Assembly (NCBI GenBank): GCA_964653725.1
Contig: CAZZHK010000014.1
Span: forward strand, 10,405-74,404
Direction: 5' to 3'
From: an uncultured Planctomycetales bacterium
GTDB taxonomy: Bacteria > Planctomycetota > UBA1135 > CAZZHK01
DNA length: 64,000 nucleotides
The notes under the pieces are model-generated. The model searched no databases. It was not told the DNA's origin and was given only the letters and a program-made list of their open reading frames with translations. The translations under genes and the position numbers were made by a program. Below are positions 56,620-64,000 of the stretch, piece after piece. Every line of letters starts with the position of its first letter. Position 1 is the first letter of the stretch.

Positions 56620-57668
56620 TTGACAGCCGCCGGCCGGTCCGCCCACCAGGCCTGCCAGACGGCCGGCCGCAGCGAGGTCGATGCCCCCGTCAAGTCGGCC
56701 AGCGCGCCCATCGCGGCCGTCGCCACCTCGGGCTCCACGTCGGCGCTCAGGCGGACCAGCAGCCGCAGCACATCGTCCCCGGCCCCTTGCTGTCCCGCCC
56801 CCAGCAGACGCGCCGTCCTCATGCGGAGCGGCGGCTCATGGGACCCGGCCGCTTGTTCGGCCAGACTCAGCGCCAGCTCGGGGTCGGCCACCAGAGGCAG
56901 CAGCCCGCCCAGGACGCGCGCCTGGACCAGCGGATGGGGATCGCGCATGCCCGACTCGAGGGCGGGCCCCACGGCCAGGGCCGCCAGTGCCAGCAGGGAG
57001 GCGTCCTGGGCGTCGCTCGAGGGCCGGTCCCCCAGTGCTGCCAGGGCCACACCGAGCAGGCTCGGGGCGAGGCGCGGCGACTGGGCAGCCAGACGCGCCG
57101 CCAGCCCCGGCACCTCCGCGGTTCCCGGGCCGCGAACAAGATTCAGGAGTTCGTCGGCGGCCGCAATGGCCTCCTCGTCGGGCGCTTCTGCACCAGGCTC
57201 GGCAGGAGCGTTCAGCAGCCCACCCATGTTCGCCAGCAGGTCCGCCGCGGCAGCGCGGACCACCGTGGACGGATCGCCCTCAAGGAGCCGCCCGGCCCAG
57301 CGCACCGTATGCGCCTGTTCCAGCGCGCTCCCTGCCGGTCCGCGACGCGCCAGCACGGCGAGCCGCTTCATGCACCACTGCGAGGGGCTGCCCAGGGCTT
57401 CCTCGTCCCCGCCGCCCATCCAGGACGGCAGTTCCCGCATGATCCCGGCGGTCCGGGTCAGGGAACGCTTGTGAGTGAAGGGCTCGGCGCCTCCTCCCTC
57501 GTGCACCAGGGCCAGGTCGGCCACCGCTTCCTCGAAGGTCAGGCTGAAGGGGTTCTTGATCGCCACGCGCTGGTGGGCCAACTGCCGCACCCACGGCACC
57601 CTTGACTGCTCGAAGGAAGCGCACGAGGCCGCCACCGCAGCCACCACCCACCCAAGGACCTGCCTCAC
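56616..57668 (-). CDS. Hypothetical lipoprotein with HEAT/ARM-like helical repeats
   Basis: The N-terminus is lipobox-like (VVAAVAASCAS). It is Ala/Leu-rich with repeated helices (..VRAAAADLLANMG.., ..VQARVLGGLLPLV.., ..VATAAMGALADL..). The family call is low confidence. Confidence 0.5.
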   Translation of the reverse strand: MRQVLGWVVAAVAASCASFEQSRVPWVRQLAHQRVAIKNPFSLTFEEAVADLALVHEGGGAEPFTHKRSLTRTAGIMRELPSWMGGGDEEALGSPSQWCMKRLAVLARRGPAGSALEQAHTVRWAGRLLEGDPSTVVRAAAADLLANMGGLLNAPAEPGAEAPDEEAIAAADELLNLVRGPGTAEVPGLAARLAAQSPRLAPSLLGVALAALGDRPSSDAQDASLLALAALAVGPALESGMRDPHPLVQARVLGGLLPLVADPELALSLAEQAAGSHEPPLRMRTARLLGAGQQGAGDDVLRLLVRLSADVEPEVATAAMGALADLTGASTSLRPAVWQAWWADRPAAVK

Positions 57669-57692
57669 CCCCCTTTTCTACCGTTGGCGCCC

Positions 57693-59522
57693 CTACCGGG
57701 ACACCGCTTCCCTCCGCGCGGCGCGCTTGCGCTCGACCTCGGACAGGGTGGTCTTGCGCATTCGAAGCGCCGTCGGCGTCACCTCGAGCAATTCGTCGTC
57801 CTCGATGTACTCCAGGCATTCCTCCAGCGAACGCACCTGGGCCGGGGGCAGCTTGACGTTGTCGTCGCGGCCCGAGGCCCGCATGTTGGACATCTTCTTG
57901 GCCCGGCAGATGTTGACGACCAGGTCACCGACGCGCGCCTGCTCCCCCACCACCATGCCCTCGTAGACCTCTACGCCCGGATGCACGAAGAAGGAGCCGC
58001 GGTCCAGCAGGCCGAAGATCGCGTAAGGCACGGCCACCCCGGAACGGTCCGCCACCAGGACACCGTTGGTGCGGCGCGGGATCCGGCCCCCGTCGGGCCG
58101 CCACCCGCAGAACACGTGGCTCAGGACCGCCTCGCCCTGCGACAGCGTGAGCAGCGAGGTCCGGGCCCCGACCAGCCCACGGGCCGGGATCAGGAATTCA
58201 ACCTTGGCAAGGTCTCCCAGGCGCTCCAGGTGGGCCATCTCACCTCGGCGGCTGCCCAGGTATTCGATGATGCGGCCGGCGTGCTCGGACGGGACCTCCA
58301 CCGTGGCGCGCTCCCACGGCTCGCAGAGATGGCCGTCGACCTCGCGGATGATCACGTGCGGCTTGCCGACGCAGAACTCGTAGCCCTCGCGCCGCATCTC
58401 CTCGACCAGCACGCCCAGGTGCATGACGCCGCGGCCCTTCACGATGAAGCGGTCGCCCGTCTCCTCGATGGTCAGCGCCACGTCGCGGTCGGCCGCGCGC
58501 TGCAGCCGCGACAGGATCTGGCGGCTGGTCACGAACTTCCCCTCCTGGCCGGCCAGCGGCGAGGTGGAGACCTGGAACGACATGGTGATGGTCGGCTCGT
58601 CGACTGCGATGGCCGGCAGCGGATCCGTATGGTCCGGGTGGCACAGAGTGTCGCCGATCGACAGTTCCTCGATGCCGCTGACGACGGCGATGTCGCCGCA
58701 CTCGACCGCCTCCACGGCCACGCGCTTCAGACCCTCGTAGCGGCGCAGGTCCTTCACCACGCACGCCTCCTCCTTGTCGCGATCGGGGTGGCACACGGCG
58801 TAGCGCTGCCCGGTCACTAGACGCCCGCGGCTCACGCGCCCCACCGCGATGCGGCCCATGTGAGGGTCGTGATCCAGGCTGGCGGCCTGGAATTGCAGGG
58901 GTCCGTCCGGGTCCAGAGGCGGCGGCGGGATCTCCTCGAGCATCATCTCGAACAGCGGCTCCAGATCCCCGCCGGGGACCGCATCCTCCGCCTCGCGAGC
59001 TGCGTAGCCGTCGCGGCCGGACCCGTAGACCACCGGGAAGTCCAGTTGGGCGCCTTCCGCGCCCAGTTCCACGAACAGGTCGAACACCTCGTCCAGCACG
59101 CCGTCGGGGCGCGCATCCCTGCGGTCGATCTTGTTGATCATGACCAGTGCCCGGAGGCCGTGTTCGAACGCCTTGCCCAGCACGAACCGTGTCTGGGGCA
59201 TGGGCCCCTCGAAGGCGTCCACCAGAAGCAGCACCGCGTCGGCCATCCGCAGCGTGCGTTCCACCTGGCCGCCGAAGTCGGCGTGCCCCGGCGTATCGAC
59301 GATGTTGATGCGCACGCCGCGGAACTCGATGGCTGTGTTCTTCGCCAGGATCGTGATGCCGCGCTCGCGCTCCTGGTCCTCGGTGTCGAGCGCCCGCTCC
59401 TGGATGTCCTGGTGCGAGCGCACCGTCCCGGCATGGCGGAACATCGAGTCCACCAGGGTCGTCTTGCCGTGGTCCACGTGCGCCACGATGGCCACGTTCC
59501 GGATCTCCGTTTGAGCACTCAT
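57693..59522 (-). CDS. typA: Translational GTPase TypA/BipA
   Basis: Motifs are [33 protein letters not shown]-like and NKIDR. The EF-G-like domains run the full length, and the 609-aa size fits. Confidence 0.95.
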   Translation of the reverse strand: MSAQTEIRNVAIVAHVDHGKTTLVDSMFRHAGTVRSHQDIQERALDTEDQERERGITILAKNTAIEFRGVRINIVDTPGHADFGGQVERTLRMADAVLLLVDAFEGPMPQTRFVLGKAFEHGLRALVMINKIDRRDARPDGVLDEVFDLFVELGAEGAQLDFPVVYGSGRDGYAAREAEDAVPGGDLEPLFEMMLEEIPPPPLDPDGPLQFQAASLDHDPHMGRIAVGRVSRGRLVTGQRYAVCHPDRDKEEACVVKDLRRYEGLKRVAVEAVECGDIAVVSGIEELSIGDTLCHPDHTDPLPAIAVDEPTITMSFQVSTSPLAGQEGKFVTSRQILSRLQRAADRDVALTIEETGDRFIVKGRGVMHLGVLVEEMRREGYEFCVGKPHVIIREVDGHLCEPWERATVEVPSEHAGRIIEYLGSRRGEMAHLERLGDLAKVEFLIPARGLVGARTSLLTLSQGEAVLSHVFCGWRPDGGRIPRRTNGVLVADRSGVAVPYAIFGLLDRGSFFVHPGVEVYEGMVVGEQARVGDLVVNICRAKKMSNMRASGRDDNVKLPPAQVRSLEECLEYIEDDELLEVTPTALRMRKTTLSEVERKRAARREAVSR

Positions 59523-59577
59523 CTCGCCTGGTCCAATCCCCCACCGTACCCGCCCCCGCAGGCAGGCGGGAACCCCG

Positions 59578-60444
59578 TCAGGGGGACAGAGTGAGCGGGA
59601 CCGCGTTGCTGGCCATCGTCGGTACCAGGCTGCCCGAGGTCAGGTCGAACGCCATGAAGGCGTGGTGGACCTGGAGTCCGGCGAGCCACGGATCGTTCAG
59701 GGGCGGGAGCACCAGGGCCGCGGTGCCCCGTCCAGCCGCGTCCAGGACGCCGAGGGAACCCGGCAGCACCGCGGTGCCGGCATTCATGAGCGTGAACCCG
59801 AACCAGGGGTCGGGCACGTTGAGCGGCAGGAGCGCTGCACCCACGGGCAGGCCCGGATCCGTTCCCGACATCGAGCCCATCAGCAGATAGGTGTCGCCGG
59901 CGCTCGCCGGGCCCGCATTGAGCGTGAACTGGACCGACGCACCGCCCGCCAGCGGCGCTTCCATCACATCCGCCTCCAGGCTCAATTTGCTCAACGTGAA
60001 ATCGGTGATGAAGTCGATCGACAGGTTGGCGAACTTCATGCCGCTCGCCGGCGGAGTGGAAGGCACCAGCTCGTAGAGCTGCTGCACGGACGGCCGCCAC
60101 AGGCGCAGCCGGACCGGATTGGACGTCTGCCAGCCGGGCGTGCACGAATCCGCGCCCATGGCGGCGACTGTCAGCCCCTGGCCCAGCGTGGTCGTCGTTG
60201 CCTTTGTGGCGCCGGCCACGACTTCGGCGACCTCGCAGCCCCATCCCCTGCCCTTCCCGTCGACCACCGCGATCTCGTCGTCCAGCATCAGGTCCGGGTG
60301 GTCCGGCTGGAAGATGGCGAAATACTGCTGGGTGGACTGCGGCGGCACCTGAGGCCAGTGCGGCGTTCCCTGCGTCTGCGCCGCCGCCAGGCCCGCCAGC
60401 GCCATCCACATCCCTGCGGCCACGGTCCATTTCACACGCTCCAT
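59578..60444 (-). CDS. Hypothetical secreted protein
   Basis: The internal ATG at 60444 gives a signal peptide (MERVKWTVAAGMWMALAGLAAAQ). I recognise no family. Confidence 0.5.
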   Translation of the reverse strand: MERVKWTVAAGMWMALAGLAAAQTQGTPHWPQVPPQSTQQYFAIFQPDHPDLMLDDEIAVVDGKGRGWGCEVAEVVAGATKATTTTLGQGLTVAAMGADSCTPGWQTSNPVRLRLWRPSVQQLYELVPSTPPASGMKFANLSIDFITDFTLSKLSLEADVMEAPLAGGASVQFTLNAGPASAGDTYLLMGSMSGTDPGLPVGAALLPLNVPDPWFGFTLMNAGTAVLPGSLGVLDAAGRGTAALVLPPLNDPWLAGLQVHHAFMAFDLTSGSLVPTMASNAVPLTLSP

Positions 60445-60445
60445 C

Positions 60446-60991
60446 CTACTTCGATTCCTCCGGCTCAACCTCCACACGCCGGCGCTCCAGCGTCCCCTCC
60501 AGCAGACTCTTTCCGGCCAGGTCCGTGACCACGAGCGCGGTCGTGAACTCGTCCTCACCGTCGAACCGGTCCTCCATGGTTCCCTTGATGACCCCGAAGT
60601 CGAATGCCCACTGCATCACTTCGGCCTTCTTGTCCCACTCGCCGGTCCAGTAGCTGGTCTCCCCTTTGGCATCGAAGGACCACCGCTGCGCCGCCCCGGT
60701 CTTCGGATCGACCCGCAGGATTTCGAGAGAGTCCCCCTGTTCGCTCTCGACCGCGCCCTCCAGGAACTGGCCGTCCAGGATCCAGCTGAACCTCTCCCGC
60801 GACACATACCGCTGCCGCGTAGGGACCCATACCGAAGGCTGAAGATCGACGCGGGTCTCCCACGAGCCGACCCAGCGGTCCAGCACGCTCTTGTCCCTCT
60901 GGACCGGGGCGGCCTGCCCGCCAAGCGCGTTGGCCCCCCAAGCAGCCGTACCGGCCAGCGCAGCGGATAGAAGGATGGTCTGGGTCTTCAT
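60446..60991 (-). CDS. Hypothetical secreted protein (small beta-rich, DUF1579-like impression)
   Basis: It has a signal peptide (MKTQTILLSAALAGTAAWGANA) and a W/F/G-rich ~150-aa body. The family assignment is only an impression. Confidence 0.5.
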   Translation of the reverse strand: MKTQTILLSAALAGTAAWGANALGGQAAPVQRDKSVLDRWVGSWETRVDLQPSVWVPTRQRYVSRERFSWILDGQFLEGAVESEQGDSLEILRVDPKTGAAQRWSFDAKGETSYWTGEWDKKAEVMQWAFDFGVIKGTMEDRFDGEDEFTTALVVTDLAGKSLLEGTLERRRVEVEPEESK

Positions 60992-61068
60992 CGAATGGCT
61001 CCTCGTTGGGCCGGTGATTCAAGATTGCACTAGGATGGCCATCCCATTCAACACCACGAGGAAATGCC

Positions 61069-61947
61069 ATGACACAGGAACGTACGATTGCGCTGAAGAG
61101 CGGTTGGACCATGCTGCTGGCCTGGGTGGGCTACCTGGTCCTGGGGGCCGCCCTCGCTGGTGTATCCGAGGAGATCGGCGGCGGCTTCGACTTCGTTTTT
61201 GGCCTCACGGCCGTCTGTGTCTTCGCCTGGAGCCTCATTCTCCTGCCGTTCGGCTTCTTCACGCTGCAGCCCAACGAGGCGCGCGTGGTGGTCCTGTTCG
61301 GCACCTACAAGGGCACGGTGCGCAAGGAGGGCTTCCACTGGGGCAATCCGTTCTATTCGCGCGACAAGACCAAGATCTCCCTGCGCCTGCGCAACCTGAA
61401 CGGTGAGCAGCTCAAGGTGAATGACAAGCGCGGCAACCCCATCGAGATCGCTGCGGTCGTCGTTTGGAAGGTCAACGACACAGCCGAGGCCCGATTCGAT
61501 GTCGACGACTACGAGGAGTACGTGACGGTCCAGAGCGAGTCGGCGGTGCGGCATCTGGCCAGCGCCTACGAATACGACCACTCGGAGGACGGCGGACCGA
61601 CCCTGCGGTCCAACATCGACGAGGTGTCCGTGGCGCTGCAGGACGAACTTCAGGAGCGCCTCGGCAAGGCCGGGATCCTGGTCGAGGAGGCGCGGCTCGC
61701 GCACCTCGCCTACGCGCCCGAGATCGCCAGCGCGATGCTGCGCCGCCAGCAGGCCGAGGCGATCATCGCCGCACGCACGAAGATCGTGGAGGGCGCGGTC
61801 GGAATGGTCGACATGGCCCTGCGCCAGCTCGGTGAAAAGGACCTGCTGCGGCTCGACGACGAGAAGCAGGCCGCGCTGGTCAGCAACCTGCTGGTTGTCC
61901 TGTGCGGCGAGACCGAGGCGCAGCCGGTCATCCACACCGGCGTCTAG
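61069..61947 (+). CDS. SPFH/Band-7 (stomatin/prohibitin-like) membrane protein
   Basis: Two N-terminal hydrophobic helices are followed by [22 protein letters not shown]...G.H....F........SLR......[15 protein letters not shown]. The C-terminus is a coiled A/Q/E-rich region. Confidence 0.85.
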   Translation: MTQERTIALKSGWTMLLAWVGYLVLGAALAGVSEEIGGGFDFVFGLTAVCVFAWSLILLPFGFFTLQPNEARVVVLFGTYKGTVRKEGFHWGNPFYSRDKTKISLRLRNLNGEQLKVNDKRGNPIEIAAVVVWKVNDTAEARFDVDDYEEYVTVQSESAVRHLASAYEYDHSEDGGPTLRSNIDEVSVALQDELQERLGKAGILVEEARLAHLAYAPEIASAMLRRQQAEAIIAARTKIVEGAVGMVDMALRQLGEKDLLRLDDEKQAALVSNLLVVLCGETEAQPVIHTGV

Positions 61948-61968
61948 ACCCGGTCCGCGACCTCTTAC

Positions 61969-62034
61969 GCAGCTGCTGGCCGTTTACCTCCCCGGCCCCC
62001 CCTCTACAGCCTCTCTCGAGGCCCCTTTTTCCGC
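61969..62034. repeat. Intergenic direct repeat, copy 1
   Basis: The sequence is gcagctgctggccgtttacctccccggccccccctctacagcctctctcgaggcccctttttccgc. It is nearly identical to copy 2, which starts 79 bp downstream. Confidence 0.85.
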
Positions 62035-62047
62035 TTAAGCACCAGCA

Positions 62048-62114
62048 GCAGCTGCTGGCCGTTTACCCCCCCGGCCCCCCCTTTACAGCCTCTCTCGAGG
62101 CCCTCTTTTTCGCC
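62048..62114. repeat. Intergenic direct repeat, copy 2
   Basis: The sequence is gcagctgctggccgtttacccccccggccccccctttacagcctctctcgaggccctctttttcgcc. By eye it differs from copy 1 by 2 substitutions and 1 indel. Confidence 0.85.
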
Positions 62115-62156
62115 AAAACGCCAGCAGGTGCAGTCCGGCGCCTGCGGGTTCGACCG

Positions 62157-63887
62157 TCAGGAACGGGGACCGACCTGCAGGGTGCGGGCGGTCGTGTGGT
62201 CTGCGCGGATCGCCTTGATGGCGTTCTCGAGGTGGATGTCGGCCGAGTCTTCGGGCGCGTGGCCCTGGGCGCCCTCCTCGATCAGGCGGTCTCGGATCTC
62301 GCGGTAGATCTCGTCCCAGCCCTCGAACAGTTTCGCCTCCTCGCTGCGAGGCATCCAGCGCCGCGACGTGCGCGCACGCAGGGAATGCCCGACGCTGCGC
62401 AGCCCGTTGCGGAACGCGGTCTGCAGGCGCGAGTTCTGGTTCTTCGAGAACAGCACGCCCAGCGCCCGCTTCCAGAACGCGAACACGCCTCGCTCGAGTG
62501 CGCCCTCCGGCCCGGTTCCGTAGAACGCGGCCCAGAAGCGCAGTTTCCAGCGCATCAGCGTGAAGCGGCTGAGCGACTCGTTGTAGGACACCTTGGGCCA
62601 CAGGGCCTGGGCGTCGAGGATGTGCGCGAAGTAGTCGCGGTCCACCTTGATCTTGCCGGTCTCGTAGAGGCTCCTGAAGATCTCCGTGCCCGGAAGGGCC
62701 ATGTAGAAGGCAACGCCGATGTCGGTCACCCCCAGCTGCGAGACCTCGCGGATCATCGGCAGGCTGGCCTCGAAGTCCTCCTCCTTGTCATGCGGGAAGC
62801 CGAGGATCGCGAAGGTGGTGACGTAGAGGTCCGCAGCCACCGCCGACTTGATGCTCGAAAGCAGCTCGTCGGTGGCCATCCGCTTCTTGATGAGCTTGCG
62901 GGTCCGCTCCGACCACGACTCGGGCGCGTAGGCGAGGTTGACCATGCCGGTGCGGCGCAGCAGGAGCGCGACCTCGTCGTCGATCGCCTCGGACCGCGTG
63001 CCGGAGGGGAACTGCCAGGTGATGTCGAGCTTGCGGTCGAGGATCTCGTTGCAGAACGTGACGATCCAGTCCTTGCGGATGATCGCGGTCAGGTCCTGGA
63101 ACGGGAACGAGCGCGCGCCGTAGTCGTTCACGTAGCGCTCGATCTCGTCGACAACCTGGACCGGGTCGCGCGGGATCCAGCGCGGCACCCACATGTTGGG
63201 CGCGGAACAGAAGGTGCACTGGTAGGGGCAGCCTCGAGTGGCCAGGATCGGGATCGAGATGGCGTCCACATCGATGCCGCCCATGTAGCCGTAGCGGCTG
63301 TAGGTGGCGAAGTCGATCCGGTCCCAGGCCGGGGGCGGGATGTCGTCGACGTCGGTGCGGCGCTCGCGCCGGCAGTTGATCCTGATCGAGTCTCCGTCAC
63401 GGAAGCCGATGCCGGCCACCTGGTCGAGCGGGCCGTCCTCGTCGAAAGCGTCCAGCAGCTCGATGAAGGTCTCCTCGCCCTCCCCCATCACCAGCACGTC
63501 CGCCTTCGACGTCGCCAGGCTGAACTCCGGCATCGCCGTCACGTGCTCGCCCCCCAGGACGATCTTGACGTCCGGCCGCGCCGCGCGGATCAGGTCGACC
63601 AGCCGGACCGCCTGCGGCCACTCGTGGGTGAAGATGACGGTCAGCCCCACCACCGTCGCATCCACGGGGATCCTCTCCACGATCTGCTCGAGCCGCAGTC
63701 CCAGCGAATAGCCCTTGTAGTGCGGGGTCATCACCGTCGGACCCTCGGCCACCGCGTCCACCACCTCGAACCGGCGCCCCGCCGCCAGCAGCGACCCCGC
63801 CACGTAGGCCAGCCCCAGGGGCATGCACACGACGGTGGACGAGAAACGCAGGGACTCCACGGCCGGGGGACGAATCAGGCAGATCAT
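62157..63887 (-). CDS. B12-binding-domain radical SAM protein
   Basis: The N-terminal cobalamin-binding-like Rossmann segment reads MICLIRPP...PLGLAYVAGSL...VVGLTVIF...IVLGGEH. The radical-SAM cluster motif is ATRGCPYQCTFCS. An alternative upstream ATG lies at 63938. Confidence 0.8.
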   Translation of the reverse strand: MICLIRPPAVESLRFSSTVVCMPLGLAYVAGSLLAAGRRFEVVDAVAEGPTVMTPHYKGYSLGLRLEQIVERIPVDATVVGLTVIFTHEWPQAVRLVDLIRAARPDVKIVLGGEHVTAMPEFSLATSKADVLVMGEGEETFIELLDAFDEDGPLDQVAGIGFRDGDSIRINCRRERRTDVDDIPPPAWDRIDFATYSRYGYMGGIDVDAISIPILATRGCPYQCTFCSAPNMWVPRWIPRDPVQVVDEIERYVNDYGARSFPFQDLTAIIRKDWIVTFCNEILDRKLDITWQFPSGTRSEAIDDEVALLLRRTGMVNLAYAPESWSERTRKLIKKRMATDELLSSIKSAVAADLYVTTFAILGFPHDKEEDFEASLPMIREVSQLGVTDIGVAFYMALPGTEIFRSLYETGKIKVDRDYFAHILDAQALWPKVSYNESLSRFTLMRWKLRFWAAFYGTGPEGALERGVFAFWKRALGVLFSKNQNSRLQTAFRNGLRSVGHSLRARTSRRWMPRSEEAKLFEGWDEIYREIRDRLIEEGAQGHAPEDSADIHLENAIKAIRADHTTARTLQVGPRS

Positions 63888-64000
63888 CGGGGGGAGGGAC
63901 GCATCCCGGGCACTGCTGCTCAGCGGACGGTCACGCACCTAGTTTACAGAGGAAATCCCCTGGGCGGCGGAAATCGAGCCGGCCATCGGCTGAATTGCGT

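Noticed and set aside
53240-57474. Long plus-strand ORFs (703 aa at 53240-55351, 414 aa at 54190-55434 and 662 aa at 55486-57474) opposite recA, thpR, pfkB and the membrane-protein genes.
   Set aside because: They are antisense to confidently identified genes such as recA. They are Arg/Pro/Gly/Ala-dominated and carry no motifs. The same reasoning applies to 34562-36295, 36528-38234, 9043-10323, 10369-11467, 28598-29758 and 30079-31347.
61969-62114. The direct repeats considered as a minimal CRISPR array.
   Set aside because: There are only two copies. The unit is ~65 bp with a ~13-bp spacer, which is the wrong geometry. There are no cas genes, and each unit ends in a hairpin plus a U-run, which looks more like a terminator or REP-type element.

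Overview
The window is a very GC-rich, tightly packed bacterial chromosomal segment. Many start and stop codons overlap, and I found no mobile elements, CRISPR arrays or rRNA. Most of it is recognisable housekeeping. This includes thiE-thiL-tsaE, an ECF sigma/anti-sigma pair, cca, rseP-dxr, purM, sdhCAB, polX and thiC. It also includes tRNA-Leu(CAA), ddl, the canonical rpmF-plsX-fabHDG-acpP-fabF cluster, alaS, recA and typA. Interspersed are secreted, HEAT-repeat or membrane proteins of unknown role. The most unusual locus is at the 5' end (2-8711). A UvrA polypeptide with two complete UvrA units in one chain is linked by GTGA start/stop overlaps to a eukaryal/archaeal-type XPB (Rad25/ERCC3) helicase. 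That helicase is linked in the same way to a 659-aa partner whose C-terminus visibly repeats the XPB N-terminal domain, an arrangement like the XPB-p52 pairing in TFIIH. I read this as a candidate hybrid damage-recognition/translocase module. Secondary observations are listed below.
- thiC has no visible THI-box and sits 17 nt behind a strong intrinsic terminator.
- A protein combines a degenerate UshA-like fold, four haem motifs and a TPR-like tail.
- A near-identical ~65-bp repeat occurs twice in a convergent intergenic region.
- polX is coupled to a signal-peptide protein.
- A B12-radical-SAM gene lies at the window edge.
All calls come from reading the translations and DNA by eye. No searches or computations were run.
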